A stretch of 64,000 bases of DNA. It comes from Octopus bimaculoides (taxonomy: Eukaryota). The position numbers and the translations under genes are program-made. Shown here piece after piece: positions 52,040-63,025 of this stretch; the stretch's first letter is position 1; each line of letters begins with the position of its first letter. Location: contig NC_068988.1 of the NCBI RefSeq assembly GCF_001194135.2, forward strand, positions 2,881,288 to 2,945,287, given 5' to 3'. The notes beneath the pieces were generated by a model. That model saw only the letters and a program-made list of their open reading frames with translations, did no database searches and was not told the DNA's origin.

Positions 52040-52300
52040 TACTTTCCAATGGAATGTGCCTCAGTAATTTGAAGGTTTACCACATCTGAGTATGTCAGAT
52101 GCAGCAAACTTTCTGTTGTCTTATATTTTCTTTGTGCTGTATATTGAGGAAGACTTAACAGCAACATCAGTGAAACAAAAAGGGAAGATCAAAGAGAGGT
52201 TTAGCATGGCTTCAGCTAATCTGGGAAGTTGGGAAATTCAGTCTCACGACTAAAACTGGACTTTATAGAAACAATGTCAAATCTGTCTTAATGTGTTCTT
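52040..52300 (+). mobile_element. Decayed RTE LINE fragment (post-RT region)
   Basis: LQLIWEVGKFSLTTKTGLYRNNVKSVLM resembles L..IW.S..ISL.TK.RIY.SNVKSVLLY. Confidence 0.65.
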
Positions 52301-52429
52301 TCATGATAATTCTTTGAGAATCACATAGCAATTGTCAAAGAAAGCTTTTGATAAACTGATGATGTAATAGAAAGACCAAAACGATCAAAGATCCTTTCCA
52401 AGCCAGAAGCTCGTAAGGCACAACCCCAT

Positions 52430-52580
52430 TGCAAAAATAATCATTTTCATCAATGTATTGGACTGAAATAATGTGAAATGTTCAGCTCAAGTATATAATG
52501 CACCACTTGGTCTAGGAATTGAAACCTCAATCTCATGATCATGAGTGCAACACCCCTAACCACTAAACCACTTGTCTCCA
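52430..52580 (-). mobile_element. Family E SINE
   Basis: Antisense GTGGTTTAGTGGTTAGGGGTGTTGCACTCATGATC..GGTTTCAATTCC tRNA-like head. Confidence 0.65.
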
Positions 52581-52699
52581 TGATGATGCTTATGACCAAA
52601 TTCACACACATACACGCATGCATAAACAAACACATTCGTTCTTTCATATATTTTTGCACTGTTCCAGAATTTTGATTATTTACCATGAATTTTCACCAG

Positions 52700-52772
52700 T
52701 CCACAGTCAAATCGTCCAACCCATGCTAGCATGGAAAGCGGACGTTAAACGATGATGATGATGATGATGATG
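52700..52772 (+). mobile_element. Family A 3' end
   Basis: CAAATCGTCCAACCCATGCTAGCATGGAAAGCGGACGTTAAACGATGAT. Confidence 0.85.
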
Positions 52773-52927
52773 AATTCTTTTAATGATTCTTTTATTGATG
52801 GAATCCTGGTTGTGATGTTTCTTTAAAACACTCCCATGTTATGAGTCTTAGATGGGAAAATGTGTACTGTATAACTTCAAGCCTCATCTCGAATGAAAAC
52901 TATGTGAAGCAAATGTGTTTGAGAAGG

Positions 52928-53085
52928 TGCAGTCATGGCTGTGTGGTTAAGAAGCTTGCTTCCCAATCACGTGGTTTTAGGTTCAACCCCATGGTGTAGC
53001 ACTGAGCAAGTGTCTTCTACTATTGCACTGGGACAACCAAAGATTTGCAAGTGATTTGTTGCAATTAAAAGATGTCTATCATATG
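52928..53085 (+). mobile_element. Family B SINE 5' half
   Basis: CATGGCTGTGTGGTTAAGAAGCTTGCTTCCCAA..GGTTCAACCCC. Confidence 0.75.
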
Positions 53086-53247
53086 TATGTATGTATGTAT
53101 ACATGTATGTATGTATGTGTGTGTGTGTATGCATATATGCATGTATGTATGTATGCATTTATGTATGTATGTATGTCCAGCATTTGCCATGATCGATCAC
53201 TATCCACTAAACCTTTTCTATTTTCTCTCCCTGTTTATTTATGTGTT

Positions 53248-53285
53248 CCTTCCTGTCGAAGAGCGTAGGCTCGAAATGTAAAAGG
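53248..53285 (+). ncRNA. Minimal type I hammerhead-like motif in a probable Penelope-derived repeat (about 53195-53375)
   Basis: CCTT(C)-CTGTCGA-A-GAGC-GTAG-GCTC-GAAA-TGT-A-(A)AAGG; A6 replaced by T. Confidence 0.5.
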
Positions 53286-53859
53286 CTTTCTCACTTCCTG
53301 AGCGTTAAACTAATACATCTGTTTGTTCTTTACACACCCGTATTCATCTATTGTCTTTTTGTAAATTCTCACTATGTATGTATCTATGTTTGTATATAAA
53401 AGGTTAATAGAGTTAGAGACTGGAATAACCATCTAAGGGATAAAAGTATCTGTTCTACTACCAGTATAACTACCTATGTTAACCCTGGACATACATGTGC
53501 AAGCATAATATGCTCATAGGTTACAGGTAATGACAAAGATAAACATGAGTTTATCAGGAATCAAATTTCTGTTTACTTTAAATTAGAGTAGTATATGGGT
53601 TCATAAAATCATGTGGCTATCACAGAATGCTCCTCTGATGGATTTGGCTATCAGACCACATAGTAACCCAACACAGAGTAGCATATTGCTTCCTAAGGAT
53701 GACAACTAGCGAAATAAATATATTCACTTCTCATACCTCCTAACATTTTATGGTTTGTAAGTGTGTGTGCATGTATACGTATGTGTGTGTGTGTGTGTGT
53801 GTGTGCATGCGTGTGTGTACAAATGTGTGTCTGAGTCTTTATTTACATATTCTCCAAAG

Positions 53860-53938
53860 ATCACCAGCTACAAGTGGCGATGCCGTTGTCGCTTCATCAG
53901 CTGGTTTTATAAGTTTTGAAGAGGTGAAAAAACAACAG
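53860..53938 (+). CDS. Candidate orphan internal coding exon, SPATSGDAVVASSAGFISFEEVKKQQ (gene unidentified)
   Basis: Pyrimidine tract plus AAG acceptor (alternative CAG at 53865-53867), strong CAG|GTAAGC donor, only one open frame, CpG-rich against a depleted background. Confidence 0.45.
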
Positions 53939-54484
53939 GTAAGCATTATCAAAAAAGCAGGACTTCTGCTAGTATGAAAACCCATACATAAAGATGAACA
54001 AACTTTTCATTTCCATTCTACTGATTTCTTGTCAACTATATATTTCATAGATGTATTTACCTTAGCATTACTTATAGTGATGTCTAGCAATATTTTATTG
54101 AATCTTGTTGATTTTCTTTCTATTTTTCATGAAAATTCTTGAGTCTTTGCATGACAGAATAATGAAATCAACAAAAACGGTCAACACAATGCTTTCAAAA
54201 CCTTACATTGCTAACAGTTCTTCCTTGTTTTATTAGAATCAGCTTTTGTTTCATCTTCTATGATTTAATAAAATATCTAATACGGCTTTTCTGAAAACGT
54301 TTCTGCAGAACCCAAGAGTTCTGTGAAAAATATTCTGATGATCCATGAAATAAGGTGATTTTTAATAGAATTTAATAAAAATTTGTTTCATAAAAAACAT
54401 ATTCACCATAATGTATTATTTATTGTTGTTGTTGTTTAACATAAATAAATTCTCTCCCTAAAACAATTTCTATTTTATCTAACC

Positions 54485-54620
54485 ATCATCATCTTCATTA
54501 TCATCATCGTTTTGACATCCACTTTCTTATGCTTGCTTGGATCAGACAAAATCTACTGAGGTAGGTTTTCTATGGCCAAGTGTTTTTCTTGTCACCAGCG
54601 CTCCTCTGTTTCCAGGCACT
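54485..54620 (-). mobile_element. Family A-like 3' end (variant), antisense
   Basis: (CAT)n-CGTTTTGACATCCACTTTCTTATGCTTGCTTGG. Confidence 0.55.
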
Positions 54621-55002
54621 TGCAAAGACCTGTTGAAGACCAAGTGAAGAGATCGTTATGGGTGAGGACAGTACCACCTGGTTGGAACCCATGTAAAAAG
54701 CACCATTTGAGCGTGGTTGATGCCAGTGCTGCCTGACTGGCTCCCATGCTGGTGGCACATGAAAAGCACTATTCAAGTGTGGTTGATGCCAGTACTGCCT
54801 GACTGGCCCTCGTACTGGTGGCATGTAAAAAGCACCCACTACCCTCTCGGAGTGGTTGGCATTAGGAAGGGCATCCAGCTGTAGAAACTCTGCCAGATCA
54901 GATTGGAGCCTGGTGCAGCCTCCTGGCTTGCCATCCCTCAGTCAAACTGTCCAATCCATGCCAGGATGGAAAGCGGATGTTAAACGACGACAATGATGAT
55001 GA
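54620..55002 (+). mobile_element. Family A retroposon with 5' extension and subunits
   Basis: Two to three TGACTGGC..GGTGGCA..AAAAGCAC units then body and GAT tail. Confidence 0.85.
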
Positions 55003-55109
55003 TGGACAGCCTTGTTTTTGCAGATTATCGGCAGTGTTACTCATTTACATCTATTTGCTTGCCTGGCAGTGTTACTCATTTACATCTATCACAATGTCAA
55101 GGCAAGGAG

Positions 55110-55275
55110 ACACACACATACATTGGGCTTCTCCCAGTTTTCACCTACCGAATTCACTCATAATATTTTGATCAGTTCAAGGCTATGGAGGAAGACACTT
55201 GCCAATGGTGCTATGCAGTGGAATTGAACCTGAAACAATGTAATTGGGAATCAAATTTGTTAACCACATAGCCAA
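55110..55275 (-). mobile_element. Family B SINE 5' half
   Basis: Antisense head and GAAGACACTTGCC core. Confidence 0.7.
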
Positions 55276-56166
55276 TGTTTTGTAAAATTAGGGCAGCAAA
55301 GGTTGTCCTTAAAATACAGAAATTGGTTCTATGATTGATTGGAGAATGGCATGTAGGCTTTACAATGAAATAAGTCTGAGGACCACTGATGCCATGTGCT
55401 GTATTTTCTAAAAGATCAGTTGCCTACGTCTACCTTTACAATTTAAAAAAGGAGTGCCGGTCTAACTAAACGAAAGTATTTTATCATATTTGTTAAAAAT
55501 CAATTTCAGAGTTGAATAAATTTAGAAAATGTTTTCCTCTGGTTCCCTCTCTATGTTCTGCTAAATTAGTAAACTCAAATATTCCACAACTTAATACACA
55601 CCGAAGTGAATTTAGCAAGGCAAAAACCAAAATAAAAAAAAAAAACAAAAAAATAAATAACAAAAAAGGTAAAATAAGAAAAGAGAGAAAAGTTGTGTTG
55701 CTGCCAAGCTTCAATTAATAAACAATGTTATCCTTGCAGTAATCTGGAGAGATGGAGATAATGTTTTATAAATCTGTAAAATAAAAGAAACGAATGAAGA
55801 AAAGACAATTGATTTCAAGTAGAAATTTGAAGGAGAAGAAGAAATCAATGAATAAAAATGGTTTTTGCTTGTTTTCATTTTTCTGAATTAGATGTGTGAA
55901 CAGTTATCGCAGAATGAGGAAAATGTTTTCATATTCTTATTCATTCAATGAACGAGTAGTTAGTTTATTTCTTTGTCTGTTGATGTGTCTTTTTTTTTAA
56001 AAATCTTTATTTGATTTTTATTTGTAGAATACATGTATTCTAGAAAAAGAAAATCAATTAAATGAAGATAGCCCTCCAAAAATATCACAAAATGCAAAAC
56101 ACAAAATGTAAACTGCTGTACAAGATGTTTAAGTACTGAAATAATTGGTTAAAAAAGGATTTTATG

Positions 56167-56184
56167 AATAATGATAATAATAAC

Positions 56185-56234
<50 letters not shown>

Positions 56235-56240
56235 TAATAA
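56167..56240. repeat. (AAT)n microsatellite
   Basis: Direct reading. Confidence 0.95.
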
Positions 56241-56989
56241 GTGAATGAATTAGTTAAATAACAGACATAGAAAAGTGAAAGAATCAACAGAAGCATTCTT
56301 CAAGAGACATTTAGTGCACAGTCTGGGAAACTCTCAAATACAATTGTTTTGTTCAGAGACAGCGATGTGTTATCCTAGAAGAAGAAAATTATTCTCATTG
56401 TTATCAATTTTTGAGGAATTCTAATGACATTCCTCTTTCTAATATAATTGTCGATACTGCTTTCTTTTTTCTTTTTGCTTTTTATATAGTTTCTACCATT
56501 CTGACTTGTTAACTCAATGATCTATCATTTCATTTACGATGTTAAAAACGATTAACAAAAAGAAAAAAAAAAAGAAAAAGATATTAGTTAAAATATAACT
56601 AAACTATATCCCAATATCAACAGAACAACAACAATAATAAAAAGTGTATAACCACATGTACTTTATTGGCCACAAGGGCAACAAAAGATGCAACATTATG
56701 TAGAGGAATTACAAAAATTCTAATTGTTATAATGGTTTCAAATTTCAGGGGTAGAGCTTATTCTGGTAAATACATTGGAATCATCATCATCATCATAAAA
56801 CGTACATTAAATGATGAGGATGATTCCAATGGATTGTCAGAATCTTCAGAAGAAGTACCTCTTGGTATTTGTGCAGGTTCTTCATATCCTGAGTTCCAAC
56901 CCACCTGAGTTTAAGTTTGTTTTTATTCTTCTGGGTTCCATATTGCGATTAGAATTAAAACAGTGAGCTGGCTATGTCGTTACCCCATC

Positions 56990-57222
56990 TGACGGTTCTC
57001 ACTAATGAGAATACCAAAAATGAACCTGACCACTCTCAAAAATGAAGTAAAAAAATACGGAAAAATAATCCAGAATCCTTGTCCGGTACCGGATCGAGGC
57101 CAAACATCCCTGAAAGTTTCGTTCAAATCCATCCAGCACTTCTTGAGATATCTTATCTACGGACAAACAAACAAACACGACTGAAAACAATACCCTTGCC
57201 TTCACTAAAGCGGAGGTAATAA
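56990..57222 (-). mobile_element. Helentron-associated (HINE/DINE-1-like) non-autonomous element
   Basis: Minus strand begins TTATTACCTCCGC with a subterminal hairpin, then a GTTT/GTCC microsatellite, GGATGGATTT..GAAACTTT, GATCCGGTACCGGA; a hairpin at 56994-57015. Confidence 0.6.
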
Positions 57223-58091
57223 TAACTAGTAATACTCATGGAAATTTCACCATGATTACAAAACCTTTTAGATTGTTCTAAGTTTATATATATAGAACCA
57301 TAAAAATTAGCGCTCCTTTATAAAGTGCATATTCTGTATAATTTTCATTTACAAACACCATTCAGTTCTTCTGGATAAGATGTTAATTGAGGGAGTATGA
57401 CTTTCCCATTCTCTCAGCAGTTCAGGGGTTCTTTTTTGATGCTCTCTCTCTGATTTACCTTTTATATTCTAGCTTGACACATTCCCTTATCTGTTATAAA
57501 TACTCACTCTATACTCTTTGATTCATATTTTCCCCCCTACACGCCAATGCTCCCATGCTTGTTCTAATGACCCAACCCTCTGCTTTTCATAACGTCATTG
57601 CCTGTACTGTCTAATTCTTTCTCTTGTTAGCTTATATCGTTTGTCGTCCATAGCTTATAAATAAACATCAATTTTTGAGTGAACAGATGATCAATAACAG
57701 CAGGTATGCACATGCATTAAGTGACAGGTGATATAAAAAATTAGTTCAATTAAAATAAAACTTCATTCTTCACTATCCACTCACCACCACCACCTCCACC
57801 ACTATCATCTCCCTCTACTTCCTCTTTCTTTCTCTCTCTCTCTCTCTCTGCCTTTCTTTAACCTCACCATCAGAACGTCACCCCTCTGCTAAACATTGTA
57901 TTTCTAACTCTCTTTCTCTACATCACTACCCCCAAGCTACAACAATGCCATGGAGGAAAACAAAAACAACCACTGCTACTACTGCTGCTGCTAATGATGA
58001 TGATGATAATGATGATGAAGATGTAAATGAGGATGAGGATGAGAAGGATGAGAATGAAAAGGAAGAGGAGGTAGAGGAGGTGTTTGAGGAG

Positions 58092-58123
<32 letters not shown>

Positions 58124-58159
58124 GGAAGATAGAATTATGATTTGTAGCTATTACAATTA

Positions 58160-58745
58160 TAGCTGCTATTATCACTAAGGAAGTGAATCATTTGAGCATT
58201 TGCGCCTTGAATATCTCCATTTGAGCCTTGAATATCTCCAGAGAAGTCCTCATGATAGATAAAGGTAAAAACTATTGTCTTGACTATTGTACTTTCAAAA
58301 GTGAAGACTTGATCAAAACAGGGGCTGAAACTATCAGCCATGCTTCTGACTATTTATTTCTACCCTAGATTTCTAGAGCAAAGAAATAAACACAAAAGTA
58401 ACAATAAAAACACATCAGAAACAATGTAAATCGATGGCCTGACATCAATTGTAATATAGGAAAGTGGTTAAAGCATAGTAAACTTTGGGTGACATGTGTC
58501 AGGTGACGCCAAAAGAGATTTTCAAGGACCCTGATGGTCATTGGGCCATAACGGAATTGTGCCCAGCTGAAGGTACCAAGACGAAACGGTGTGAGATTGA
58601 TGGTACAGTTCAATGAGTCTTTTTACTGCTTTTCTTGTAGTACAAATCACTTCCGGACTGATTGCTTCAAAGAACTGGAAAAACTGAAACGGCAACAAGA
58701 ACAAGAAATCACACTTTTTAGAGCACTATCAAGCAAACTCTAGGG
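58160..58745 (+). mobile_element. Decayed L1/Tx1-like ORF1 (gag-like zinc knuckle) remnant
   Basis: GVRLMVQFNESFYCFSCSTNHFRTDC (CX2CX3HX4C); several stops upstream. Confidence 0.4.
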
Positions 58746-59289
58746 AATGGTAAATCCCTTTATACTGAGTATCTAAAAAACAGTTACAATGACACAAATA
58801 CAGGTAGGCTTCAGAATATAAACAATATGTAAAAAATAGATTATTAATAAAATTAAAAGACATTACATTGAACATACAAGCGAATACCCCAAATACATTG
58901 ATGTTTTTCAACACCAAATGACTCAAAAAGTGCTTGCTGGTGCATTTGGCTGCATTTGTACATAATTCAAAACATGGTTAAAAGTATCATGGGTTACCCT
59001 AACTCAACATAGGTAATCCTTCATATTTTATTTCCTTTCAATCACTTGTTTTAATTATTGTGTCTTTTATTGCACTTTTTTTAATTTTTGTACAAATATA
59101 TGTACTTTTAAAATTTCAATCCCGCCTTCCACATTATTATATAACATCTCTCATCTCTTCTTTCCATATTTCTAGGCTTGTCTTTCACATTCCAATTTTC
59201 TTTTTCTTCATTTGTAATCTGTGTAAAAATTTCAATTTTTTTTCATTTTTGTATTTCTTTCATCCATTGTCGCCCCTGGTAGCCAACTA

Positions 59290-59525
59290 GCAGAATCCTT
59301 ACCATACCAGGAAAAAGTGCCTAGAAGCACTTCGTCCTGCTTTACATCCTGAATTCAAATTCTGACAAGTTTGCTTTTGTCTTTCAGGGCCAATAAAATA
59401 AGTTTCAGTTGAGTTTTGGAGTTGATATATTCGACTTCCCCCTACCCCAGCCCCTGAAATTGCTGGCCTTGTGCCAAAATTTGAAATCATCATCATCATC
59501 ATCATTATTATTGTAATTATTATTA

Positions 59526-59580
<55 letters not shown>

Positions 59581-59614
59581 CATCATCATCATCATCAACG
59601 TCATCATCAACATT

Positions 59615-59673
<59 letters not shown>

Positions 59674-59712
59674 TATTATTATTATTATCATTATTATTAT
59701 TATTATTATTAT
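59290..59712 (-). mobile_element. Family C SINE with about 225-bp compound (ATC/ATT)n tail
   Basis: Antisense head and core at 59290-59485; tail 59486-59712. Confidence 0.8.
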
Positions 59713-60144
59713 TAATAGAAGTGTTTGCTGTAGAAGTGAATATAGCAAATAATCGTTTACTGAGATATTCCTTCTTATTACCAAGATGATTTCACCAGCT
59801 TTTTAAATTAGATTTAGCAGCTGCTGGTGGGAAGTGAGTGAGTGTGAAGAAGACTATTTGAACTTAACTGGTCTTGTCAGCTTTTGTCAAGTTTCATTGA
59901 TATTTGTTGATATTTGGGATTGGGAAAAAAAAAAACATACAATTTCCCACAAATTGTATTTCATGCTGTTTTGCTGTGAAAGCTGAGCTGATTGAATCCA
60001 AACTACCAAATTGTTGCTGGTTCATATCCTGCTGTAAGTGCTGTCCACTGTCCATGGACAAACAAATTGGTTTTCTTCGCTTAGCTGGAAATAAGAAAAA
60101 CAGGGAAGTATTTTAAATTTTTATTTTTAGATTCAGGCATCGGT

Positions 60145-60270
60145 TAAGACGTTTACTTTGCAATCACGTGGTTTTTCAGTCCAGTTACTCTGTGTGGTAC
60201 CTTAGGCATGTGTCTTCTATGATAGCCCTTGTTTTTTATGAATGAATTTGTTAGATAGAACATGTGTGGA
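60145..60270 (+). mobile_element. Decayed family B SINE 5' part
   Basis: TCACGTGGTTTTCAGTCCAG..GTGGTACCTTAGGCATGTGTCTTCTATGATAGCC. Confidence 0.6.
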
Positions 60271-60377
60271 TGCACATTTGTGTGTATGTGTATATATACA
60301 CACACATATATATATATATGCACATATACACACATATGTATATATACACACACACATTTATATATCTACACACACAA

Positions 60378-61010
60378 GACACAAGATGTGATCTATTTCT
60401 AGTGCATTAATTGTCCACGTTAGTGGTCGACGTTATTTTTTAAAATGTACCTTAATCCCCTGAGATTGCAGATAATATTTCTGAATCTCTTTGATTCTTT
60501 AAATGTGCTGGCCCCCTGATAATTAATCGATATTAATTAATATATTAATATATGACTAATTACCAGATCTTATAATAATATTTACCCATTACTCATGTTC
60601 TCATACTGAATATATTCGACGCAGTAAATATTTTCTGCGGATATATTCCTGGAATTAGCGCGCCAAAACGAAGACTTTTGAATTTTACCATTAAGCTGTA
60701 ATTAGCAGAACCATATGCACGCGCACCCATGGCGGTGGGCAACTATGTATACGATTCTGATAATTGCTGCTACATTACAAATCAGGCTGATGAGGAATAG
60801 ACAAATGGTAAGAATTTGTTAAATCCGAAACCTGGTTCCTGTTTAATAATGATTTTTTTAAGGTGATTTTAAATGTCTTGCCCACTCACGTATTTGGTAT
60901 GCTGCTATATTTCATGTTGAGAACTTTTTAGGTCTTAATAGACACAAGATGTGATCTATTTCTAGCGCATTAATTGTCCATGTTAGTGGTCGACGTTATT
61001 TTTTAAAATG
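60378..61010 (+). mobile_element. Retrozyme-like or Penelope-pLTR-like element: 563-bp unit plus 70-bp terminal redundancy
   Basis: Direct repeats at 60378-60447 and 60941-61010 (68/70 identical); internal hammerhead and several hairpins. Confidence 0.65.
60783..60841 (+). ncRNA. Type I hammerhead ribozyme, intact core
   Basis: Stem I CAGG/CCTG; CTGATGA 60787-60793; 13-position stem II (two A.A mismatches) with GGTAAGA loop; GAAA 60827-60830; palindromic stem III ACC-T-GGT; GUU triplet. Confidence 0.8.
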
Positions 61011-61050
61011 CACACACACAGATAGATAGATAGTAATATGTTTGTGTTTA

Positions 61051-61745
61051 TACAAGGTCTGATCAATAAGTAACTGGACTGTTGCCATAGTAACGAAGCT
61101 ATAGCATACAGAGTAAAGCTGCTTGACAAAAATTGACCTTGAACTTTGTTGTGTGTGCACAGCAAGTTTTAACATTCTAGCTCACTTCTTCTGTTTACAG
61201 CAGTGCTTAGAAGGAGTGTGATCATCACATTGACAATGACAGAGAAAAAGGATTATGCCAAGTTGCAGCAAGTGTATGCAGAAGGGTGTATGAACCATAC
61301 ACAAGTGTACAAGTGGTTCGGACGTTTCCAATATGGCAGAAAAAATGTTGATATTGGCGAACGTTCGGGGAGACCCACAGCTAGCAGAACTGAGAAAAAC
61401 ATCACAGGTGTGCTGGAAAATCATCGAAGCATGATCCATGAGTTATCAGAGGGTGTGCAGATTAGTTATGGTTCAGTTCAGTCCATTATCACTGAAGATT
61501 TGGGTATGAGATGTGTGTCTGCCAAGTTTGTGCCAAAACTGATTTCAGCTGACCAAAAAGACACTTGGGTTTCAGTTACACAAGATCTCCTTCATTGTGT
61601 TGAGAACGATGAAAACTGTTTGGAAACTTTGTGTAGGCTTCTGAGTAGGAATCGCCAAACTTTTGGCAAAATTTGAAGCTGATTCTCTGCTCAACTTCTT
61701 TCTCTGTCATGGTCAATACAACAATCACACACTACACATCTTCAG
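61051..61745 (+). mobile_element. Mariner (Tc1/mariner) deletion derivative: 5' TIR plus transposase N-terminus
   Basis: TA-CAAGGTCTGATCAATAAG TIR; ORF 61203-61676 with HTH motifs (VYKWFGRF, ERSGRP) and SAKFVPKL (WVPR-like); no DD34D domain. Confidence 0.9.
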
Positions 61746-61749
61746 AGTA

Positions 61750-61894
61750 GCTGGCATTAGGAAGGACATCCAGCTGTAGAAACTCTGCCAGATCAGATTG
61801 GAGCCTGGTGCAGCCTTCTGGCTCGCCAGTCTTCACTCAAACCATCCAATCCATGCCAGCATGGAAAGAAGATGTTAAATGATGACGATGATGA
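61750..61894 (+). mobile_element. Family A retroposon
   Basis: TGGCATTAGGAAGGACATCCAGCTGTAGAAACTCTGCC...GTTAAATGATGACGATGATG. Confidence 0.85.
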
Positions 61895-62854
61895 GGATAT
61901 ATATATATATATATATATACATGTGTATATGTAAATGCATATGTGTAATAATATATAGTATGTGAGTACATATAAATGTTATCTACACACATACACACAC
62001 TCACTTTTATGCAAATATGTGTGTGGATGAGCAATAAGATATTGAAGGATGGAAACTACTCAAACACAATCACCTAGCAAATATCCAGGTATGGTGAGGA
62101 TGTGTGCTGTTAGATGAGCTGAACAGGAAGGAGACCACAGCCCAAGTTAATGTAATCTTAATTGTAGAGAAATGTTATCTTTAAAAGGTGAAAATATCAT
62201 CTTGATGAGTTTAATATTAGATTCTTATATAAACACCATCACATGCATCTCAAATAAGAATGAAGATTTAGACTAGATGTCAAATCTGTTTAAATTAATT
62301 TGTAAAATTGATCATAAATTATTGCTTCCTGGTATGGCTTCTCATTGATTCCTGGGATAAATTAATCCTAGAGAAAATTTGCTTGAAAATTCCAATTTCA
62401 GATTTTGTCAAGAGATTTCATGATGCTAAAGGAATTTATTTCTTTGTGAAAAACACTTGATGACAAGAGACGGATTGTGTGAGTTAATGGACTGAAGGTT
62501 TCTGACGGAGTAAGCTTCAGGACTATAGGTTTGCTAACTATGAAGATTAAGACATACAAGATGATAACGATAATTGCTAATAATCATTTCCTTAGCCTGA
62601 ACCTGTCACCCTATTAATGCTTGAGTACATCTAAGATATAAAGAAGGAATCAAAGGATATGTGGGCAATAATTAGTTCTGCTGAGGCTGACTCGAAATTT
62701 ATATTCTTCTCCACACAAGGAAACAAATCCACAGCAGCATGAGATGATAAGATATATCATGTATATGCTAATTGTTTTAGGTGCTTGCATAGTCTTGAGA
62801 AGATATAAACACCTTTTCAGCTTTCTCTCTCTTACACTTGACTCAGTGAACAAA

Positions 62855-63025
62855 ATGTTTAGCAGTATTTTGTCTGCTGCTACGTTCTGAGTTCAAATTT
62901 CACTGAGGTTGACTTTGCCTTTCATTCTTTCGGGGCCAATAAATTAAGTACCAGTTGCATACTGGGATCGATCTAATCAACTGGCCCCTCCCCCAAAATT
63001 TCAGGCCTTGTGCCTAGAGTAGAAA
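62855..63025 (+). mobile_element. Family C SINE
   Basis: GTTCTGAGTTCAAATT..GAGGTTGACTTTGCCTTTCAT..AAATTAAGTACCAG. Confidence 0.85.

Noticed and set aside
52017-52135. Minus-strand exon with a GAG|GTGAGT donor
   Set aside because: All frames hit stops, and the segment is better explained as an RTE fossil on the plus strand
60378-61010. TRIM or LTR retrotransposon interpretation
   Set aside because: Repeats lack TG..CA ends, a PBS, a PPT and a clear TSD
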